Source: Tubiluchus corallicola (taxonomy: Eukaryota > Animalia > Priapulida). From it: a stretch of DNA of 64,000 bases. Positions 1 through 44,701 of the stretch are shown here, one piece after another. Each line of letters starts with the position of its first letter. Within the stretch, counting starts at the first letter, position 1. Location of the stretch: contig JAQGDQ010000037.1 in the NCBI GenBank assembly GCA_030141605.1, positions 248,001-312,000 on the forward strand, in the 5' to 3' direction. The notes under the pieces were generated by a model that was not told the origin of the DNA, made no database searches, and saw only the letters and a list, made by a program, of their open reading frames with translations. Both the position numbers and the translations under genes were made by a program.

Positions 1-2
1 AC

Positions 3-32402
<32,400 letters not shown>

Positions 32403-32544
32403 TCTGTTTATACTTTATACTACTTTCCCGTTTACGCGCGTTTACCCGGCTGCTTTTGAGACCGAATCAAAGTCAGAATTAATATTGCTGCGCCATCTAT
32501 TGTCCGCTCCTTAAAGTATTGCAGCAGACGCTGAACAGGTAAAA
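32403..32544. promoter_or_regulatory. Compact bidirectional promoter (Raver / CHMP2A) with a probable plus-strand non-coding first exon ending at 32538
   Basis: CpG-rich stretch between the Raver ATG and a plus-strand donor CAG|GTAAAA (GT at 32539). Matching acceptor TTTTCTGTCTCATTTCAAG ends at 32952, 36 nt before the CHMP2A ATG. GCGCCATCTA at 32490-32499 is CTCF/YY1-like. Confidence 0.6.
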
Positions 32545-32988
32545 TTATCGTTTCAATTATTAAAATTTAATTCTTACTTTATAATGTTTATTTTATATTG
32601 CAACTGACAGCCGATGACTTAAAGTAACAAGCACAAGTACTTCTCGTTTTGTGTTGATGTAGAAGTCTGCATTTTGTTGTCGAATGCTCAAACTGGATGA
32701 AAGGCGTAAAGTATTTTGTTTCTCAGCAATAAAGTAGGCCTATCGGCCAATTAATGTTTTGTCAATTTCCAAGTTTTATTCTTCTAGCATATTAAGACAT
32801 TCTACTTCCATGACAAATTTGCGCAATGGTGCTTTATCAATAGTATTAGTCGCATTGTTAATAACGATAAAGTAAGTTAAGTAATCATAAATTAGCATTA
32901 ATATTTTGTGGAAACAATCTTTTAAAAAACGTGTTTTCTGTCTCATTTCAAGGTGGTGTTGATATCTCATTATAATCAATTAATTATA

Positions 32989-33654
32989 ATGGAGTATTTA
33001 TTTGGACGTCGCAAAACTCATGTAGAAATGCTCAGGCAACACCAGAGAGCCCTAAACAAAGCTATGCGGGATGTTGATCGAGAACGAACAAAAATGGAGC
33101 AATCAGAGAAGAAACTAATTGTTGACATAAAAAATGTGGCGAAAACAGGACAAATTGATGCAGTAAAAATAATGGCGAAAGACTTAGTGAGGACGCGGAG
33201 ATACATTAAGCAATTTATCTTGATGAGAGCCAACATGCAAGCAGTGTCCATGAAAATTCATACCCTCACATCCACTACCGCTATTGCAACGGCATTGAGT
33301 GGAGTTGGAAAAACAATGACATCTATGAATAAACAAATGAATTTGCCTCAACTTCGTTCAATTATAAGGGAATTTGAAAAACAATCTAATATTATGGATA
33401 TGAAAGAAAACGTAATGGAAGATGCTGTTGACGATACCATGACCAATGTAGAGGATGAAGAAGAAAGTGACAAAGTTGTTGCCCAAGTTTTTGATGAACT
33501 TGGCTTGCAACTTTCAGATGAATTAAATGGGTTACCAGGGGCAATGAGTGCTTCAGCGTCAGCTTCCGCTGCAAGAAGCCGTCTTCCTGTTGCAGCCAGT
33601 GAGACAGCTGACACAGATTTGCAGGAACGCCTTGATAACTTACGACGAGAATAG
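32989..33654 (+). CDS. CHMP2A: Charged multivesicular body protein 2A (Vps2, ESCRT-III, Snf7 family), intronless, 221 aa
   Basis: MEYLFGRRKT..., IMAKDLVRTRRY, LMRANMQAVS, MDMKE, EDEEES..VV.QV.DELG and a C-terminal MIM1-type DLQERLDNLRRE. The true ATG is at 32989; the ORF track starts at an upstream GTG. AATAAA at 34081. Confidence 0.95.
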   Translation: MEYLFGRRKTHVEMLRQHQRALNKAMRDVDRERTKMEQSEKKLIVDIKNVAKTGQIDAVKIMAKDLVRTRRYIKQFILMRANMQAVSMKIHTLTSTTAIATALSGVGKTMTSMNKQMNLPQLRSIIREFEKQSNIMDMKENVMEDAVDDTMTNVEDEEESDKVVAQVFDELGLQLSDELNGLPGAMSASASASAARSRLPVAASETADTDLQERLDNLRRE

Positions 33655-35975
33655 GTTAATTGCATTATTTCATAAAATTTAAAAAAATGTAAATGTATTT
33701 AAATTTGTTGAATTCTTCTTTTTACAACTTTGCTGTGTATACTTAAGTAAACATGTTTAAGTATGCTTATCTATCAAGGATTAGCTACAATAATATCACC
33801 ACTATACTAAAAACTGACTATATTAAAAAATCAAAATTTGTGCAAATTTTATATGATTAAATTAAGTATTGAAAGTTTGCTGAAAGAAAGCATAAAAGCA
33901 TAAGATAAAGTATATAACCTCTGCATATACAATAACTTTTACTTTGTATATAATTTTTTGCCCTAGTATCTAATTTTATGTGATTTTTTTTGTTATAAAT
34001 TTTTAACATTGTGTACTATAGTTTAGATTTTATTGTATGTGTGTGAGTATAATATATATTTCTACGTGGCTTTTAGCTGAAATAAACCGATCAATTAAAT
34101 AGGTAGATTCTATTTGCTAAGCTTTCTTTTGCTTTTAAAAATCTTTTTCGAGGCACTGAAATCCTAAAATGAAATTCACAAAGTAATATAAATAAAAGTA
34201 AGGTATGATTTATTTATGGTAACTAACTTAAATTTCATTTTTGAGCTTCAATATCCTGGTGAAGAATAAGTGCAACTGGTACAGATTCATTTCTGAGAAA
34301 CACAAATTTGGAATAATTGATTTTTATTGTCTATATATTATTATAAAGTAGTGTCCGTTAGGAACTCAAATAAAACTAGACTAACTAGAGCTAGTTAAGA
34401 GGAACTTGAATTTTTCACCTTCCAATTCCAAAATACTATTGATTGGTATTAACTGTAATGATTATTTAATAACATTAAATCAACAAACTTTAGAAACAAA
34501 TAAGAAGCGGTGCTGCTCGGTAGGCTTGTAACTCACAAATTAAGAAATATTATTAATACTTGAGGGGTGCAGGCCTACACAGTTTAAACTTGTGCACATG
34601 ATTGATGAGTTCATCCATAGATAGGAATATGACCTGCGTTATCACTATCAGTTCATCTTCAAATACTCAGATTTAATGCAGGATTTTTGGTAATTGGAAA
34701 TGGGCATCTGGAGCCTCACAGCTACCATATCTCGTGAAATGTGCTGCTACCTGCAGGAGAATAATCCAGAGATCGTAAAGTGTATGATGTTCTGCGTTGT
34801 GGCCGGTGTTTCGCATAAAATTTCATGCTACTAACAGTTAACTTATCTTAGGTATTTTTTGCCGTTTAAAATTTAATTTATTTAAGCCGCTTTTTAAATT
34901 TGTGGCTAGTGTAATGAGGAAGTTTACTTTGTTTTCTGAAGTACTGTTTGTGCGTAGTAACTCGCTATAAGTTCACGTAATTAGGCCTACTAAATTAGAT
35001 ACGTGTTAAGCGTTCTGTGTCTAAATTGCAATGCTTGTAAGAAAAATAAGTAGGTATTCCTATTTGAAAGGGGAGGTAGTTTTGGTGTTAGCATATTAAT
35101 ATCTTATAGATATAGCGAACTTCTGACAATAATTTTTTTGGTATTTTGCCTAAACTGCAAGTAACTAAAATTTTTCCTTGCCTTACTACAGTACAGCAAT
35201 GTAAGTAAAAATGAAAATACGAAAACGAAAACTAATTATCAGCATTTTTCCTCCTTCTGACATTCGCTGGCAATAATCAGATATGACAAATATCTAATTT
35301 ATTTAGATTTTTTGCAAGTTATATACAGAGTAAATTTTGCGAATTTTACGGTTTCATCCGTTTTTCGCTTTACAGCAAAAACAATCTTTAAAATTCAATT
35401 ATTTGAACTGTACACAACTTTCCATCCATTGTTGATAGATCTTAATTGAAGGCAATGCAAAGTTTTCAATTCATTTATGTTTTTTACTGTGTTAATGTTG
35501 TTCAGCATGTGTCCGATGCATAGTTATTTGTTCAAAATAGATGTACAATACCCCACAGGTCATTTGCAGCTTGGCATCTTGTGTACATAATAATAAATAA
35601 GTTATTAAATTCTTTTGAAGTGCTATGCTGTAATGATCGTTGTGGATGTATTTAATAAATAAAAATAAAAATATATAAGCGAGAAAATATATTATAATTA
35701 ATAAATTTAATGAGGAGACTATTATATATTGTTTTGCAATCTGTCGCAAAGAAGCTTTAAATAATAAATTGCCACTGAATGCTAGTTAGCACACTTCTGA
35801 GAAAAGCGTGCAAAAATTTGCAAATGTACCATAACCTGTACCCATTGTATCCTAAATCCTATTAGTAATAAACCAGTTCCTATACCCAGGATTTCAACGC
35901 AATCTTTTCTTATGACTTATCGCAAACTTTGACTAAACCTGTCTCTAAATTTCCCCATCTATACAACAGTTTACG

Positions 35976-36126
35976 ATGGATCCTAATTTACTGAAAGAGC
36001 GGGAGGCATTTAAACGAAGAGCATTAGCCACGCCATTAGTGGAGAATAGAAACATCAAGAAGCCCAAGAAAGATGAATCTGCGACACAAAAAAGCAAAGC
36101 TTCTAGAAAGCCAGTTATCACAAAAG
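35976..36126 (+). CDS. GTF2E2: GTF2E2 coding exon 1
   Basis: Acceptor ...CAACAG ends 6 nt before the ATG; donor AAG|GTATTA. Confidence 0.92.
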
Positions 36127-39100
36127 GTATTAAAGATATGGAAAACTTGAGATTTAAAAAAATATTACTGGGTATGCGCATTTTTAGAGATTTATAAATA
36201 TAATTAAATTCATAAGTGTATGTATGTTAAGAATTTTTGTGTGTGTGTTTATCTTGCTGATCTCAAAAAAACAGTGCATGGGGACTTGTTTAAGTCAAAT
36301 GACTGTAAAAAAACTGTTTGACCATTTTACAGAGTCAAAGCCATTTGATTACAAAACTATGAAAGGAAGTTCTCAGCACAAGTTCAGTGTTCTTGCAAAG
36401 ATTGTCAAATACATGAAGGTATGTGACATAGCTCAATGTCATTAGTCTATATTATTTTTTGTCACTAGCAGAACGGCTTGTAGAAGTTAAATTATTTAAT
36501 TATGATGAACTTGTTTAAGTAGCCGTTGTTTGCAGTCAGATACTGTTATATTAGACATACATAACAATACAATATATGCAACTTGTTTAAGCTAAGCATA
36601 GTTAAAAAGTTTTAACGTAAAAAAACTAAAAGCGTAATTCAACCTGAAGTTTGTAAAATGGAGCAGTAAGTTGCCTAATGGGTATGAAAAAAATTAGCAG
36701 TATATCTGCAAGCTTTTTCTGATCACATAACTTCAGGCTTGTTTACTGATAGTATCGTTTTAAGAGATTCAACTTGTGTTTTTGCCTATGTGCAAAAACA
36801 GTTTTTACCAGACAAAGTTGCAAAAGTCTTCGATCACTCAGGTGTCCAGCTATGGAGCGCATGCTGCCCGGCACCACCTATGGGTAGTATTTGATATATA
36901 ATTTCTCTTTTTGTGCATTTCCTGCCTTATTTCGTAGCGCTAAAATAACAGTTCTAAAGTCCTACAAAATTTGATGTTCACTTTTATTTTTCAATGATGA
37001 AAGATCAGTTAACAGTTGTGATTGGGTTCGCTGAATTCAGCTTGTTTGTCAATGGATGTCCATTTAGTTGTTTGTCCATCTATTGCTGTGAGGTTGTTTG
37101 TGAGATTTTGAAATCCACTCCTTTTTCATTTCTGATAGGCCTTTTTTATTTCCGATAATTAAGTATTACTGCAACAACAATTTTTGTAAAAAAACTCCAT
37201 TAAAAGAAAGAAGAAAGGAAGAAAAGGTGAATCTGGCATGTAGACTTTTCTTTAAAAGTTTCAATTATTGTCTCATGATGTTTCTAGCAAGAGCTAATAT
37301 TTACTTTACAGACACGGCACCAAAGAGGAGACACTCATGCTCTGACTCTAGAAGAAATTTTAGATGAAACAAATCAACTAGATGTTGGGCAATTAATGAG
37401 GCACTGGTTAGCCTCTGAGGTAACGAATTCCTCTTTACACAGCCATGTATTATCTAGATGATATACTTCTCATGTCATTCTCATGCAAATTTAATTTTTC
37501 ATTTTATTTTCATGTTGCATTTTCATGTCCTTTACTTATCATATTTTCCTCCTCAAATAAATCACTTTTTTTCTGCACCCCCACATTTCATTTCTGTTTG
37601 CCATATTGAGCCTGACCTATCAAGTTTTCTTCTTGGACAGACCCGATAATTTACTAATCAACTTCATTATCTTCATGTTTGTTTTTCTTTGTAATTCTGT
37701 AATTATTCTTATCATATCTATGTATTATTTTTACTAAACTAAACTAATCTTTTTCTTAACAGATATTTATATAGTCCATTAGATATTAGATATTCATATA
37801 GTCAATTAATGCAGTTGAATGTCTTTCAGATACATTTTATTATTGTGTTCATCTAGGCCTTGGTGAACAACCCAAAGATTATGGTAGCTGAGGAGGGCAA
37901 ATTTGCATTCAATCCACCTTACCATTTAAAAAGCAAAAAGAGTTTACTGCAGTTACTCGACCAACATGATCAACGTGGCTTAGGTGGAATACTGCTGGAA
38001 GATATTCAAGAGTCATTACCAAATGCAGAAAGGGCAATAAAGGTGACATTGGTTATGCTTTTGTTTAGTCAACAAAAGACATAGTCAGTTTTGTGAGAGA
38101 CTGTGGGTCACTTAATAAAGTCACTGAATTTTGTAGGTGATTCAGGCATGGCTAGTGGACTGTAATGCATTGGAAGTGCATTGAAGAACATGCAATAGCA
38201 AATTGAAACTACCATTGCATGTTGAAAATAAACAGCATGATACCTGTATGCATTAACAGTACATTTTAGTTACTAAATTCCAAAAAAATATGGTAGCCAA
38301 TCTTTTATGTTTTTTTATAAAAAACTAATATTAGCAACTGCTGAGCCATTTGATCACTTTCAAGTGAATACGAATCACTTATCCCCCATCACCTATTATG
38401 GATTGCGCATTATGTATACATGGAAACATCTACGTGCTTAAATACAAACTCTTGTATATGCATTACGGATCACGCATCGCACATTATAGAAGTCGTACCT
38501 TAGAGTCGTATCTTTATACAGAGAGCTATTGTATATTGTTATAAATACTTGTTAACCTATTCATGTAGAATGTTTGAACATTCTTGATTGCTTGTGTGGT
38601 TCAGCTAGTAAAACTTTAAAAAAGTTGACATTGCAGTCCAACTAAGAATACTTTTATATGAACCAAGACCTAAGATAAGTTAAAAGAATTATATTATAGT
38701 TAATTAGCTAGTTTGAGTTAATTTAAAGCACAAGAAAACCCTTCACTTACATAAAGCTAAAAAAATTTGTTTTGAAATTTTGTATATATTACCTTATTGC
38801 ACATAGAGCCTGTTTTAGCAATAATGCTTCATAAAACTTGAAAATTTAAACTCCCACAATGACCGTTAGGTGTAGCAATTTTGGCTGTAGGTCATTTGAA
38901 ACGTATTTAGGTGACATTGCGTAAAGTTTGAAAAAATAATCAGAGCATTTGTAACACACACTTCACTAACTAATCAAATAACTAAAAGCATAAATTACTG
39001 TATATTGTCAATAAGATTAAAAATATGTTTTTTGAGAGTCAGTAGTGCACACTGGGAAGATGAGTCAGTGACATTTTATCAGTTGGCGTGAACATTTAAA

Positions 39101-42100
39101 CTACATTACACCATAATACTAACTAATATAACTTTGCGTAAAAAATTTTTTGGACAGTACTTTAGAATTGCCTTTTCTTCCCCTTTACGAATGAAATTCA
39201 TAATGTGTTTTTGTGCAATTCAATTTTTAATTAATGTACTTTTAATGTATATATTTTTATGTAAAATTCCAGGCTTTGGGTGAGCAAGTTATTCAGATTA
39301 CAAGGCCAACAGACAAAAAAGTTATTCTTTTCTACAATGACCAATGTCTCAACTTTACAGCTGATGAAGGTACATGTTTAGTACTAGAAGCATTTATTCA
39401 TGACGTCCAGCAAATAAATCCTGATAATGCAAAAAGATAGTCAAAACTAATCATCATTTGCAGCATCTTTAGCCAGCAGTGTCATGTACTATTCAAAGTA
39501 CGTTCAAGGTACTTGTTCGGATGGTGAACAGTTCACTAATGTCTATAACATCACTAATTTGATCCAGTCAGATGTTACTTAGCATAGTATAAATATCAAA
39601 AATTTCATGAAAGAGGCTTCAACTTTGAGTCGAAAGTCTCAAAATGTTAAAGGAAAGAACGAGTCACTCAGTATGTTGAGTTTATTTTGTTGTTATCACT
39701 TAAACTTAGAAAAATATAGCAAGGAAATTTGCAAATTTCTGCAAATTTAAAATATACTACCTCTGAATCGTACTTTTGGTCATAAGATGGCTCATAGAAC
39801 TACATGGGAAGCTCCAGATAGAAAAAAATAAGCAAAAACCTGTTAGGAACCAGATTGACTATATTATGGTTAAGCAGAAACACAGAATTAGTGTAAATAA
39901 TGCAAGATCATACATTGGCACTGAAACTTTCTCAGACCACAGACTAGTAATTGCAGAGTTCAATGTAAAGAGGCTGTTGGTAACCCTGGCAAAGGACAAT
40001 ATATCTAGGCAATTTCAGTGTGACAAATTAAAACATCAAGATATTGAAATTAAATATCAAGAGAAAGTTGAACATCATTTCAAAGAAATTACACAAATCA
40101 ATGTATAAGAGTAATGGGATAACATTGTTAATGATGCACACAGGCATCAAAGGAAGTTTTGGGTCACTCTACAAACAGAGTAAAGAAAATTTTTGGCAAT
40201 GAACAAGTTGACAAATTATCAGCTGAATAGAAGGAAATTAGTTTGAAGCACACAGCAGCTAAACACATGGAACTTAAACAGAAATTCCAAAAGTTACGCA
40301 GTCAAAAGCTAAAAGAACTTAGAGATGTGGTCCACCAGGTTAAAGAAGAAAAGTTATTAGAAGATATTGGAGAAATTGAAAACAGCAAAGATGACTCTAG
40401 TAGGATGTATAAAGCAGTCTGGAAAATCAATAGAAGTAAGCCAAAAGGTAGGATATTAGTTTGAAACTGATGATGGGGTTACTGCCAATGAACTAGAAGC
40501 ATCAGAAATTATACCTACATTTTTGAAAGGGCTTATAACAACAATGATGCAAAAAACATTCCTGAGATTAAACCAATGGCAATGGAATCACCTTTTGTTC
40601 GTGAAGAGGTTTAAAAGGCAATAAAATCTTTAAAGAATGGAAAAAGCCCAAGTATAGATAATCTTGTAGCAGAACAGCTAAAGCATGGGCCAAAGATCAT
40701 TAGCAATGGAATATCAAATTTACTGAACACTATTGCTGAAACAGGAAACTATGCAAAAGAAGTTAAACAGGAGATATTAGTGCCTATTCCAAAACCTAAA
40801 AAGAAGAAAGGACCTGTAGAAAATTTAAGAACAATTATACTGCTGTGTTTGTTAAGGAAAATCTTGGCTATATGCATGATCAGACGCATACATGACAGAT
40901 TAAATGGCAACATTCCACCAAGTCAAGCTGCACATAGGGAGGGACGTAGCACTTCTGAACTAGTAATGTCAGCAAAAATACTAGCAGAAAAAGCAGTCAC
41001 ATCCAGTTCTTATCAAATCACGATCTTGTTACTTGATATGAGCAAGGCATTTGATACTGTAGAGAGAGGAATTCTGTTTGATGACCTACAGACCATACTA
41101 TAACCACATGAAATGCACATTATTACAGTTCTACTAAAGGATGTTAAACTTACTGTAAATGTTGGGAACACCTTAGGAAGAACTTTTAGCACGAATATTG
41201 GGGTTCCCCCGGATGGACTATCTTAGTCCAATGCTTGTCATGCTGTACCTAGCAAATGCACTTAAGATCTAAACTCCTCCAAATGATGATCATGAATATG
41301 ATACCACTGTATGTGATAACCTTCCTCAACATATTTTGGATCTCTCCTATCCTGCTTTGGAATCCTATGAACCATTCCTTATTGATCAACAATATGCAGA
41401 TGATATTGGATGGATTAGTGTATCAAATTTTCAAACTTGATATTAAAAGCAGAAAGCAACAAGCAATGAATGCTTTTCTTCAGCACAAGAATGTATTAAC
41501 TAGCAAGAAATTAAGTCTTAACGTAAGACTTTGATTATTTAATGCTTACGTTACCAACATATTTATGTACAGCAGCGAAACTTGGGGTTTAATGATTAAT
41601 CAAGAAAAGCAGATTGATACATTTCGTAGAAGTCTTCTTAGGAAAGTTTTAAAGATAAGATGGCTATACATAATCAAAAATGAAGATTTATACACCAGAA
41701 CAAAAGAAATTTATTGGAGTTCAAAAGTCAAGATCTGAAGATTAATCTTCTAAGATTCAAAATGAAGCACCCGTAAGAATCAGCTTAAAGGGAGCCTTAA
41801 AACCTTGCAAAAAACTACCTAGTAAACCTAAAACAACTTGGATAGCTGAGATAAATAAAGATGTTCAACAACTTCAACCAAATCTATCTTTAGGAGTAGA
41901 AGAACTTATACTGTTAAGTGCAGATAGAATGCTCTGATAAATGTTAATACCTCAATGCCTACAATAGTTGGAATGAGATTTTGAAGAAGAAGAAGAATGT
42001 GTGGTGGTTGCCTCCATTCACTTGAAAATCATGACGTAACTGGGAGACTTCGTAACTTTTTGTAAGCGCGTTGTGTCTTTCCGTAAGCCGGCTCTGCCTA

Positions 42101-44701
42101 AACAAATTCAAACTTCTGCAGTTTGCCAAATGTTTTTGTACTAGTAGGCAATGTTGTAAAAGATTTGAAAATTTAAACTCCCATGATTACCATTACACAG
42201 AGCCATTTTACTAGTAAGTTGTTTGAAACAAATTTAAATAACATTGCGAAAAACTCATAGCATTCATAGTGCACTTTTCGCTAACTAAGTAAAAGCATAA
42301 ATTACTTTATATTGCCAATAAAATTAATAATGTGTTTTTTAGTGAGCCGGTGACAGTTTTTGATGCACACTGGGATAGTGAAACAGTGACATTTTGCCAG
42401 TTGGCACGAACATTTTAAATTAAGAATTTTCAGTTACATATCTCTTTCAAGCAGATAAGTGGAATGGAAAGTAATGTAACTTTGTATGGAAAGTTTTTTG
42501 AGACTTATTTTAAAATTCCCTTTTGCCCTTTAATTTTGTGATTTCTCTAGTCAGGCATAGAAGGCAGTGATGTATATACGTCAGCAGATAAGGGAACATG
42601 ACGTCACATAATGAGTTGTAAAGTGTTACTTACGAAAGCATGTGATATGATACGATACGATGTGATGTGATGTAATGTGATTTGATGTGATATGATATAA
42701 CTTAACACTTCGCAAACCTGTTTACCTGTAGTACACCACAAACAACAACGGAATTGTCCTCACAAATAAATGCTCTTGCGTCCCCCCAAATTATGACACC
42801 ACTCATGCTAGTACATTAACTTCACATTTCAATAATATGTTGTCGCACTTTAATGGGGGCACCAAGATCAAGAGTGCATATTATTTTTGAGAGGCTAGCT
42901 ACATTAGTGACTATACGTAAATTTTTTAATGTGCTGTTGTTAGTAGCATCTCCCCTAAAATATGAAACAATCTTGGAGCAGTTAACCTGACGACTTGAGT
43001 TTCCTTCAGCTGCATCACATTTTATTATGGTCCTTTTCATTAATTAAACATTTTTTACAACGAAGAAGTCCAGTTCTAAATTGCCTTATATCATCACAAT
43101 TCTAAAATTATTCTGATGCAGTTGCTAAAAAATATCAGAAAACTTGAAATTAAGCTCTTTCTTTCCAGATAGAATTTAGAATTTATTGGCATATACATTA
43201 TATTACAATGACATACATACATACATACATACATACATACATACATACATACATACATACATACATACATACATAGACTAACAGCAAAATATTAGCAACA
43301 GGTACGCTAATCATAGTAACAGTATGAAATTTTAGACCGTAACCTTGTTGTACTGATTTTTAGTCTTTGACATAAGGTGTTACCTAAGTGCTTTTAAATT
43401 CACTACTTACTGGATACTCCAGCATTTCTTTGTTAGATCCTAAAAGCATATCAATGGCTAATCCTCTTTTTTAGATTAAGTTGTGTGTAATCAAACCATA
43501 CTTGAACAGCAACTTTATAGCTATTTTTAGATTCCATTTTTCCTTGCATGGAGACATTAATTTCAAAAAAGCTCTTTGGCACATTGGCATTTCAGTTAAG
43601 TTTAATTAACTTAGTGATTTTTTGCTTTAGCATAATATTCCCGATTGTATCCTTCCCACTTACGTAAGTGTCACTATATCCCAATTTTATCTTCAGACCA
43701 ATATTTGGGCGTGTTGTTTTGTTTAGTACGATGATGATAACTTCATTGATTTTTTTTCAGAATTTCAGAAACTGTGGCGGTCCACACCTGTAGAAAGCTT
43801 AGAAGATGCCAAAATAGAAGAGTATTTAGAGAAGCATGGCATAGCAAGCATGCAGGACCATGGAGTTAAGCTGCAGGTAAATACAGTTAAGGGATTTTTT
43901 GCAATAGTGTGATTCTAATTTAGTAATGTGTCACAACAAAACTTGAGATAGTGCTAATCAAAGTAATGGCATTACGTCGTCAGCAATGGATGAATTAATT
44001 GTAATGACATGTGACAGTAAAAGTAAAGCTGGTCGCTTATCAAAATGACTTCATATCCATAGCATGACTACTTAAATGTACAACTTGGAATATCCTGCAA
44101 GAAGTGAGCTGTGTAGAAGTAGGTGCAACTGTTTATGAATGTTCGTAACTGGGTAGGGTAGGTGGCTCAAAGCCTATCTAGGTGACTCAAAATACACTAT
44201 AGAACATACAAAATGTCAAACAATTTTGCAGTTTAACATTTTTGAAAAATAAACACTTCTGTGTGACATATTTTTTTTAACACTTGAAAGTTTGGAAGTT
44301 GTGCTCTGTCAAGTTTAACTTAATAGCCAAAAAATGTTTGGTTGGAAACTCTTTAATAATATGTTTCAGTTTAATCCAGTATCGACAAATTCAGTCACAT
44401 CTAACTCAATCACAAAATGAAATTTTATTCACCAAACAAGATCTGATAATTTGCTTTGCATTGTTATAGTTATTAAAAAATATGGTTTTTAATATCCAAG
44501 CATTTGAACTTGTAACATATTTGCATGAAGTTGATTCTTTTGGAAGCCAACAGCCGGAGAGATGCCAGACAGCATTCATTGTTTTGATTTCTATTACAGA
44601 GAGCTCAAAGACGGAAGAAGGGTGGTAGTCGCAAGATCAGAACATTCAAAAAGCACAATGATCACATGGCAGATATTTTAGAAGATTACACAAGCAAATG
44701 A
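35976..44701 (+). CDS. GTF2E2: General transcription factor IIE subunit 2 (TFIIE-beta), 7 coding exons, 281 aa
   Basis: Join(35976-36126, 36333-36418, 37312-37419, 37857-38042, 39273-39369, 43761-43876, 44600-44701) = 846 nt, open, GT-AG. Motifs [107 protein letters not shown]. Confidence 0.96.
36333..36418 (+). CDS. GTF2E2: GTF2E2 coding exon 2
   Basis: TTTTACAG| [29 protein letters not shown] |GTATGT. Confidence 0.93.
37312..37419 (+). CDS. GTF2E2: GTF2E2 coding exon 3
   Basis: TTTACAG| [36 protein letters not shown] |GTAACG. Confidence 0.94.
37857..38042 (+). CDS. GTF2E2: GTF2E2 coding exon 4
   Basis: ATCTAG| ALVNNPKI...[10 protein letters not shown] |GTGACA. Confidence 0.94.
39273..39369 (+). 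CDS. GTF2E2: GTF2E2 coding exon 5
   Basis: TTCCAG| [32 protein letters not shown] |GTACAT. Confidence 0.93.
39710..41997 (+). mobile_element. Decayed, 5'-truncated RTE-like non-LTR retrotransposon in GTF2E2 intron 5
   Basis: AP-endonuclease remnants ([23 protein letters not shown]) and RT motifs ([29 protein letters not shown] at about 41390), broken by stops and frameshifts. Ends in a (GAA)5 tail at 41983-41997. Confidence 0.9.
42640..42700. repeat. Degenerate pentanucleotide repeat (ATGTG/ATACG/ATATG)
   Basis: Read directly. Confidence 0.8.
43211..43275. repeat. (ACAT)n microsatellite
   Basis: Read directly. Confidence 0.96.
43761..43876 (+). CDS. GTF2E2: GTF2E2 coding exon 6
   Basis: TTTTTCAG| [39 protein letters not shown] |GTAAAT. 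Confidence 0.94.
44600..44701 (+). CDS. GTF2E2: GTF2E2 last coding exon
   Basis: TTACAG| [36 protein letters not shown]. Confidence 0.92.
   Translation, partial: RAQRRKKGGSRKIRTFKKHNDHMADILEDYTSK

Larger units (their letters stand above)
38838..42419 (+). repeat. Diverged direct repeat of about 260 bp (38838-39100 and 42165-42419) in GTF2E2 introns 4 and 5
   Basis: Shared TTGAAAATTTAAACTCCCA, ACATTGCG, AAAGCATAAA-TTACT and GCACACTGGGA...CAGTGACATTTT..CAGTTGGC..GAACATTT blocks in the same order. Confidence 0.8.

Noticed and set aside
33018-33665. Antisense ORFs over CHMP2A
   Set aside because: Shadow frames of the real coding sequence with no recognisable motifs.
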